Assembly: GCA_036522515.1 (NCBI GenBank)
Contig: DATDFQ010000015.1
Span: 129,073-193,072 of the forward strand
Length of the DNA stretch: 64,000 nucleotides
Direction of reading: 5' to 3'
Source: Bacteroidota bacterium
GTDB lineage: Bacteria > Bacteroidota > Ignavibacteria > UBA10030 > SZUA-254
Part shown: positions 58,676 through 64,000 of the stretch, in pieces
Layout: every line of letters starts with the position of its first letter
Position numbering within the stretch: the stretch's first letter is position 1
Position numbers and translations under genes: made by a program
The notes under the pieces: model-generated
Told to the model about the DNA's origin: nothing
What the model saw: only the letters and a program-made list of their open reading frames with translations
Database searches by the model: none

Positions 58676-60403
58676 ATGCGCACTCTATATGTATTCCTGC
58701 TCGTCACACTCATCGGGATCGCCCAGGCCCAGATCAGACAGTTTCCATTCAGGGAGAATTTCGACACGGTTTTACTTCCCGCCCTTCCTGCCGGGTGGGT
58801 CACTACTTCCAACCGCTCAGCTGCGGGCGATTTTGTCACGACACACTCGGTCCCCTTCTCCGAATCGACCGCAGTGGTAAGCACGAATGCGACGCTTTCA
58901 CAGACCCTCGCCGCTCCGGTCCTGGATTTCACGGACCGGGAACCCGACAGCCTGACTTTTTACGAGCGGCGTTCGGCCAGCCATAATTCCGGTCTGCTCG
59001 TGGAGGCTTCGACCGACGGAGGCGCCTCATTCGGGATCCGGATCGGCGATACGTTGAAAAACGCAGGCGTAACCTCTTACGTTCCACGCACGTACCGGCT
59101 TCCCGAAATCCTGGTCGGCCAGACCTCCGTCCGCATACGGTGGAATATTCTCGGGGATGGAACAGGTTCGACCGGTACGATCCGGTTCGATGACGTCGTG
59201 ATCTCGGCAAGGGCGGCGTTTGACGCCGCGGTGACCGGACTGGTTTTTTTCCCGGCGATACCGCGCGCCGGCGATTCGGTGGGGGTCAGAGCGACGATCA
59301 GGAACGCCGGCACCTCGGCGATCGGAAACCTCAAGGTCGATTTCTACGCCGACGCCAACGCGGATTCGCTCCCCGGGATCGAAGAACTCTTCGGATCCCC
59401 GGTCTCGGATCGCGCGCTTCAACCGGGAGAGACGCTCGCGGTAGAATCGACCCTCCGCAATCTGACCAATGGCGACAGAACCATCATCGCGGTCGTACGG
59501 CTGCCGGGCGACCGGAATGCGTCGAACGACCTGCTCCGAAAAACCCTCTCCGTCGCGTTCGCGCGCGCCACGCTTATCGTTAACGAAATCATGTACGACC
59601 CCCTCCCCGGAAACTGCGAGTACGCGGAGCTCCTGAACCGGAGCCCCGTGCCCGTCGATCTTCACGGTTGGAGCATCTATGATGCGGGCGGAGTCGGTGG
59701 AAGCGCGCACGTGATCGCGCGCTCGGCCTTCGTCATCGGTCCCGGAGAGTATGCCGTCATCGGGTCGGATTCCTCCCTCTTCTCGCGCTTCCCCTACCTG
59801 GCCTCTGAATTCTCTCACGTCGCAATCAAACCGGGCGCGTTCAGCCTCAATAATTCAGGCGATGAGGTGAGAGTGACGGACGCGACCGGGACGACGATCG
59901 ACAGCGTCCATTACCTCCCGGGGTGGCAGAACCCCAACCTGGACGATCCCGGCGGGCGGTCGCTCGAGCGTATCAACCCCGGCCTGGCGGGAAACGACCC
60001 GCGCAACTGGAGCACCAGCGCTTCCCCTCTCGGGGGGACGCCGGGAAGAACAAACACACTCTTCACTCCGGCCCCGGCGCCCGGCGGTTCGATTTCATTT
60101 TCGCCGAATCCGTTTTCACCCGACGGGGACGGGTTCGAGGACGCCACAATCATGAGCTACTCGATACCGGCCCGGAGCGCGGTCATACGCGCCAGGGTCT
60201 TTGATTCCAGGGGAAGGTTGATCCGGATCCTGGCGGACGGAGAGCCGAGCGGACCGAAAGGCGAGTTGATCTGGGACGGTTTCGACGACGACCGGCGCAA
60301 GGCCGGGATCGGGATTTATGTCGTTTTCCTGGAGGCGCGCGATTCGGACGGGCGAACGCTGGATGCAGTCAAGGGGGTTGTGGTAGTGGCGGCAAAATTG
60401 TAG
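58676..60403 (+). CDS. Secreted protein with CARDB-like, lamin-tail (LTD) and C-terminal FlgD-Ig/gliding-type CTD domains
   Basis: Signal peptide MRTLYVFLLVTLIGIAQAQ. LTD motif (IVNEIMYDPLPGNCEYAELLNRS...DLHGWSI). C-terminal FSPNPFSPDGDGFEDAT Ig-like domain. The ORF track starts earlier, at 58601. Confidence 0.55.
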   Translation: MRTLYVFLLVTLIGIAQAQIRQFPFRENFDTVLLPALPAGWVTTSNRSAAGDFVTTHSVPFSESTAVVSTNATLSQTLAAPVLDFTDREPDSLTFYERRSASHNSGLLVEASTDGGASFGIRIGDTLKNAGVTSYVPRTYRLPEILVGQTSVRIRWNILGDGTGSTGTIRFDDVVISARAAFDAAVTGLVFFPAIPRAGDSVGVRATIRNAGTSAIGNLKVDFYADANADSLPGIEELFGSPVSDRALQPGETLAVESTLRNLTNGDRTIIAVVRLPGDRNASNDLLRKTLSVAFARATLIVNEIMYDPLPGNCEYAELLNRSPVPVDLHGWSIYDAGGVGGSAHVIARSAFVIGPGEYAVIGSDSSLFSRFPYLASEFSHVAIKPGAFSLNNSGDEVRVTDATGTTIDSVHYLPGWQNPNLDDPGGRSLERINPGLAGNDPRNWSTSASPLGGTPGRTNTLFTPAPAPGGSISFSPNPFSPDGDGFEDATIMSYSIPARSAVIRARVFDSRGRLIRILADGEPSGPKGELIWDGFDDDRRKAGIGIYVVFLEARDSDGRTLDAVKGVVVVAAKL

Positions 60404-60480
60404 TTCCCACGCGGAGCGTGGGAACGGGTAGCCGCAGCCTTTAGGCTGCGGGCCCACGCGGAGCGTGGGAACTGCGAACT
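60404..60480. repeat. Triple hairpin cluster immediately after a stop codon (possible terminator built from repeat units)
   Basis: GTTCCCACGCGGAGCGTGGGAAC + GTAGCCGCAGCCTTTAGGCTGCGG + GCCCACGCGGAGCGTGGGAAC. Confidence 0.55.
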
Positions 60481-60583
60481 TTCACGGGGATGCCATTGTT
60501 CGTGAAGAAAGACCTCAACCGGAACGGTGAGATAGCTGAGTCATGCATAGAACGCCTCAATTCACTTCAGAAAGGAGCAAGTC

Positions 60584-61162
60584 ATGACAATCAACCGGAA
60601 TACGAGTCTGCAGGCGCTGATTCTCCTCGCGACCGCCCTCCTCTTGTCCCAACCGTCCCCCGCCCAGGGCCAGAAGCAATTTGCGAACCAGGGGGTAGCC
60701 GAGCTCGGCGGAACTTTCTCCTTCCAGAGCATCACGCCGGTCGGTAACGGTGTTTCGGGGAACAACTATACGGTCATCTCCTTTTCCCCCACGTTCGGCT
60801 ATTTCGTGGCCGACGGAGTGGAGATCGGCGTCGATCCGTTCGGTGTCAATGTTGTCAGCGGGAGCGGGTCCTCGTTCAGCCAGGTGAATCTATTCTTCAA
60901 TGCCGCCTACAACTTCAAAACCGAGAATGCAGGGTTTCCGTTTATTGAAGGCCTGATCGGTTATACGGAGGAATCGGACGGGTCGAAGACACACGGGGCG
61001 AGCTGGGGATTTCGGGGAGGGATCAAGGCGCCGATCGCGGGCCAGGCGCTCGTGAATATCGCCGGACAGTATATGCAGGTCACTCTCGATCCTGAGGATG
61101 CGGTGAACCGCTACGGATACAATCAGTTTTCCGTCGGCGCCGGGCTCACGATATGGCTCTGA
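60584..61162 (+). CDS. Outer-membrane beta-barrel protein
   Basis: Signal peptide, Gly/aromatic-rich beta strands, terminal ...GLTIWL. Confidence 0.5.
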   Translation: MTINRNTSLQALILLATALLLSQPSPAQGQKQFANQGVAELGGTFSFQSITPVGNGVSGNNYTVISFSPTFGYFVADGVEIGVDPFGVNVVSGSGSSFSQVNLFFNAAYNFKTENAGFPFIEGLIGYTEESDGSKTHGASWGFRGGIKAPIAGQALVNIAGQYMQVTLDPEDAVNRYGYNQFSVGAGLTIWL

Positions 61163-61202
61163 GCGGGGTAACGAAAACGCAGGAGAGGCTTCGGTAACCG
61201 GG

Positions 61203-61312
61203 GAGATCCTTCGCGGAGTTTACACTGAGCGAAGCGAATGTGCTAGGGATGACAGTCCATTGGGTAGCCGCAGCCTTCAGGCTGCGGTCCCACGCGGAGC
61301 GTGGGAACGGGA
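61203..61312. repeat. Composite repeat: half MITE (GATCCTTCGCGGAGTTTACACTGAGCGAAGCGAATGTGCTAGGGATGACA) plus REP-like hairpins
   Basis: Matches the right half of 33658-33761, and the hairpins at 60425-60470. Confidence 0.6.
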
Positions 61313-61316
61313 TGCG

Positions 61317-61676
61317 TTAGGATGACGGGCTTGAATCTCCGCCCGATTTCTTGTCGCTCTCCCCTGAAGGCTTCGACTCGGATTTCGATTCCGGCATACT
61401 CTCCGGTTTCGTATCACCTTTTTGTTCTTGCGCCGCGTCTTTCTTTTTGTCGGAAGCCGGCGCTTTCTTATCCTGAGAGGAGCCCGCAGAGCTCTTCTTA
61501 TAGTCGGTCGAGTAGAATCCGCTCCCCTTGAAGACGAGGCCGGCGCCGCCCCCGATCATCCGCACAAGCGAATCCTTGTGGCAGACCGGGCAGGTCACCA
61601 ACGGCGGGTCGGAAAACTTTTGAAGCTCTTCGAACTCGTGCTGGCACGAGTTACAACGGTACGCGTACGTAGGCAT
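61317..61676 (-). CDS. FmdB-family zinc-ribbon protein with Ser/Lys-rich low-complexity tail
   Basis: MPTYAYRCNSCQHEFEELQKFSDPPLVTCPVCHKDSLVR (CxxC...CxxC). Confidence 0.8.
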   Translation of the reverse strand: MPTYAYRCNSCQHEFEELQKFSDPPLVTCPVCHKDSLVRMIGGGAGLVFKGSGFYSTDYKKSSAGSSQDKKAPASDKKKDAAQEQKGDTKPESMPESKSESKPSGESDKKSGGDSSPSS

Positions 61677-61745
61677 CGTTCATCCCGTTAGTGTTTCTCT
61701 TCTTCTGCAGCCTCTACAATAGAGCGATCGTGGCGCGAGTCGACC

Positions 61746-62948
61746 TCAGAACGCCTCGCGCAGTTTCTTGCATCCGGAAGCGATCCGGTCAAGCCCCTTC
61801 TCCAGCTCCTTCATCGAGCAGGCGTAGGAGAGACGCAGGTGGTCCTTGGCGCCAAAGGCCCCTCCGGGGACGACGGCGACGTGCTCCTCGCGCAGGAGGA
61901 AGTGGGCAAGGTCCATATCGTCCCTGATGAGCGCGCCGTTGATCCGTTTTCCCAGGACCGTCTTCATCGAAGGGAAGAGATAAAACGCCCCCTTCGGTTC
62001 ATGGCACTCGATTCCCGGGATGCGCGACAATTCCCGGTACGCAAAATCCCTTCGGCGGTTGAATTCCTTCACCATCTCCCCCACGTCGCCTTCCGGCGCC
62101 GACAGCGCCACCGCCGCGGCCCGCTGCGAGACCGAGGAGGCATTCGACGTCACCTGGCTCTGCACCTTCGCCGCCGCCTCGGAGACCGGCCCCGCCGCTC
62201 CCAGATACCCGATCCTCCACCCCGTCATCGCATACGCCTTCGACACGCCGTTGACCGTGATGACCTGGTCGGCGATCGCCCTGATGCTTCCGATGCTGAA
62301 ATGCCGCACGCCGTCATAGATCACCTTTTCGTAGATCTCGTCCGAGATCACGAAGATGCCGCTCTCCTTCACCACGTCGGCCAGCTCCTCGATCTCCCCC
62401 TGCGTGTAGGCGTTGCCGCTCGGGTTGCCCGGCGAGTTGAAGATAAAAGCCTTCGTCTTCGCGTTGACCGCCTTCCTGAGCTGTGCCGCCGAAATCTTGA
62501 AGCCCGCTTCGCGCGAAGCGGAGACGATCACCGGACGCGCATCCACCAGCTTCACAATTTCGGGATAGGTCACCCAGTAGGGAGCGGCGATAACCACCTC
62601 GTCTCCCGCGTTGCAGATCGCCTGGAGCGCGTTGTAAATCGAGTGCTTGGCCCCGCACGAGACGAGAATCTGCGATTTCCCGAAGCGCAGGTTGTTATCC
62701 CGTTCGAATTTCGCGGCGATGGCCGCGAGCAGCTCGGGGATTCCCTGGTTTGCCGTGTAGTGGGTGAAATTCTCCTCGATCGCGCGAACCGCCGCCATCT
62801 TGACGTGCGGGGGCGTGGGGAAATCGGGTTCTCCCGCGGTGAGGTTCGCGACGTCGACCCCCTCCGTTTGCATCCGGCGCGCTAGTTGCGTGAACGCGAG
62901 CGTCGAAGACTCTTCGATCCGCTGGACTTTGTGGGAAAGGGACTTCAC
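61746..62948 (-). CDS. aspC: Aspartate/aromatic aminotransferase (PLP fold type I, class I)
   Basis: 400 aa. PLP-Lys in NGVSKAYAMTGWRIGY. Confidence 0.8.
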   Translation of the reverse strand: MKSLSHKVQRIEESSTLAFTQLARRMQTEGVDVANLTAGEPDFPTPPHVKMAAVRAIEENFTHYTANQGIPELLAAIAAKFERDNNLRFGKSQILVSCGAKHSIYNALQAICNAGDEVVIAAPYWVTYPEIVKLVDARPVIVSASREAGFKISAAQLRKAVNAKTKAFIFNSPGNPSGNAYTQGEIEELADVVKESGIFVISDEIYEKVIYDGVRHFSIGSIRAIADQVITVNGVSKAYAMTGWRIGYLGAAGPVSEAAAKVQSQVTSNASSVSQRAAAVALSAPEGDVGEMVKEFNRRRDFAYRELSRIPGIECHEPKGAFYLFPSMKTVLGKRINGALIRDDMDLAHFLLREEHVAVVPGGAFGAKDHLRLSYACSMKELEKGLDRIASGCKKLREAF

Positions 62949-63448
62949 CCCGGGCGCGACTTTCTCCTCACGGAGCTCATCCGTGCGGCGAGCCGGCGCC
63001 GGACGCCGGGCGGGACAAACTCCTTCACGTCTCCGCCCAAAAGGGCGAGTTCCCGGACGATGCTGGAGTTCAGGTACGTGTACTTTTCATGGGGCATCAG
63101 GAAGACGGTCGCGAGCCGGCCGTCGAGCTTCCGGTTCGTGAGCGCCATCTGGAATTCATACTCGAAATCGGACACGGCCCGGAGCCCGCGCACGATTGCC
63201 GTCGCTTTCTTCGATCGGGCGTACCGGACGAGCAGCCCTTCGAAGCTGTCTACTTCGACATTCTTGAACCGGCCGAGCGATTCCGAAATCATCTCCACCC
63301 GCTCCGCCGCCGTGAAGAGGGGCGTTTTGGAGGTCGTGCGGGCCACGGCGACGACGACGCGGTCGAAGATTTCCCTCGCCCGCTCGACGACGTCGATGTG
63401 CCCGTTCGTGATCGGATCGAATGTCCCGGGATAAATCGCAATCCTCAT
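62945..63448 (-). CDS. coaD: Phosphopantetheine adenylyltransferase
   Basis: MRIAIYPGTFDPITNGHIDVVERA. Confidence 0.95.
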   Translation of the reverse strand: MRIAIYPGTFDPITNGHIDVVERAREIFDRVVVAVARTTSKTPLFTAAERVEMISESLGRFKNVEVDSFEGLLVRYARSKKATAIVRGLRAVSDFEYEFQMALTNRKLDGRLATVFLMPHEKYTYLNSSIVRELALLGGDVKEFVPPGVRRRLAARMSSVRRKSRPG

Positions 63449-63469
63449 GGTCGTGGACCCTTCCTGGAC

Positions 63470-64000
63470 TTACGCATGAACGAAGAAACTGAGATGGGTG
63501 GCGCCGAACTCTTTCCGCAGCGCGAGGCGGTAGAGCGGGGAGAGACTGAACTCCGTCCGTTTGGCATGCTCAATGATAAGAAATCCGGCTTTCCCGAGCA
63601 ACCCCCGCTCGAAGATCGCGCCCGGAAGAAGCGGCGTCTCGGGGTACGCATAGGGCGGGTCCGCAAACACGAGTCCGTACTCTCCCTTCTCGCGGCGGGC
63701 GAACGCCAGAGCATCGTCGCAGACCAGCGTGCACTGTTCGAGACACTCCAGGTTGCGGGCGTTTTCCTCGATAACGTCGAGAGCCGAAGTCTGGTCGTCC
63801 ACGAAGGTCACCTCCGCCGCCCCCCTGCTCAGAGCCTCGAAACCGAGGCTCCCCGTCCCCGCGAACAGGTCCAGGACCCGCGCGTCTCCGATGGGGTACC
63901 GGCTCTGGAGCGAATTGAAGATGCTCCCCTTCACCACGTCCATCGCGGGCCGGATGCTCTTGTCGGGCGCCGCCAGGAGCCTCCGCCCCTTGTATTTTCC
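63470..64000 (-). CDS. rsmD: 16S rRNA (guanine966-N2)-methyltransferase RsmD, partial (start beyond window)
   Basis: LDLFAGTGSLGFEALSRGA ... FADPPY motifs. Reverse translation continues to ...GKYKGRRLLAAPDKSIRPAMD at the window edge. Confidence 0.8.
   Translation of the reverse strand, partial: GKYKGRRLLAAPDKSIRPAMDVVKGSIFNSLQSRYPIGDARVLDLFAGTGSLGFEALSRGAAEVTFVDDQTSALDVIEENARNLECLEQCTLVCDDALAFARREKGEYGLVFADPPYAYPETPLLPGAIFERGLLGKAGFLIIEHAKRTEFSLSPLYRLALRKEFGATHLSFFVHA

Overview
This is a high-GC bacterial chromosomal window with about 55 protein-coding genes. I found no rRNA or tRNA genes and no CRISPR array. Many secreted proteins end in a T9SS-type C-terminal sorting domain (NYPNPFNPTT..., a type IX secretion signal) and the promoter/operon style is Bacteroidetes-like. 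Together with KorAB 2-oxoacid:ferredoxin oxidoreductase, this suggests a member of the Fibrobacteres-Chlorobi-Bacteroidetes (FCB) superphylum, possibly Ignavibacteria- or Chlorobi-related. That placement is inference.

Core housekeeping genes:
- uvrA (partial)
- a split carB interrupted by a small LTXXQ periplasmic-protein gene
- prs-ctc-pth
- rpsF-ssb-rpsR-rplI
- ccdA
- korAB-nrnA-pepA-pdxA-ftsE
- nfu-apbC-kbl and tdh
- rsmB, rpmE, an ECF sigma/anti-sigma pair, holA, a cyclophilin
- lolA downstream of ftsK, comB, gcvT, rng, aspC, coaD, rsmD

Accessory candidates:
1. An 11-kb same-strand block (8.5-19.4 kb) encoding a signal-peptide TPR-CHAT caspase-like protein, a stand-alone AraC-type HTH protein, a repeat protein with tail-fibre-like motifs, two T9SS cargo proteins and an ECF sigma / zinc-finger anti-sigma pair.
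2. A locus resembling a synthase-dependent exopolysaccharide system (55.4-58.4 kb): an outer-membrane TPR/beta-barrel protein, an NfrB-like family-2 glycosyltransferase lacking the c-di-GMP module, and a stand-alone receiver protein.
3. An unusually rich, modular population of intergenic hairpin and MITE-like repeats. These include two near-identical 116-bp four-hairpin direct repeats flanking a T9SS gene and inverted MITE copies flanking nfu-apbC-kbl.

Several large plus- or minus-strand ORFs in the six-frame track are antisense shadows of real genes and are rejected.
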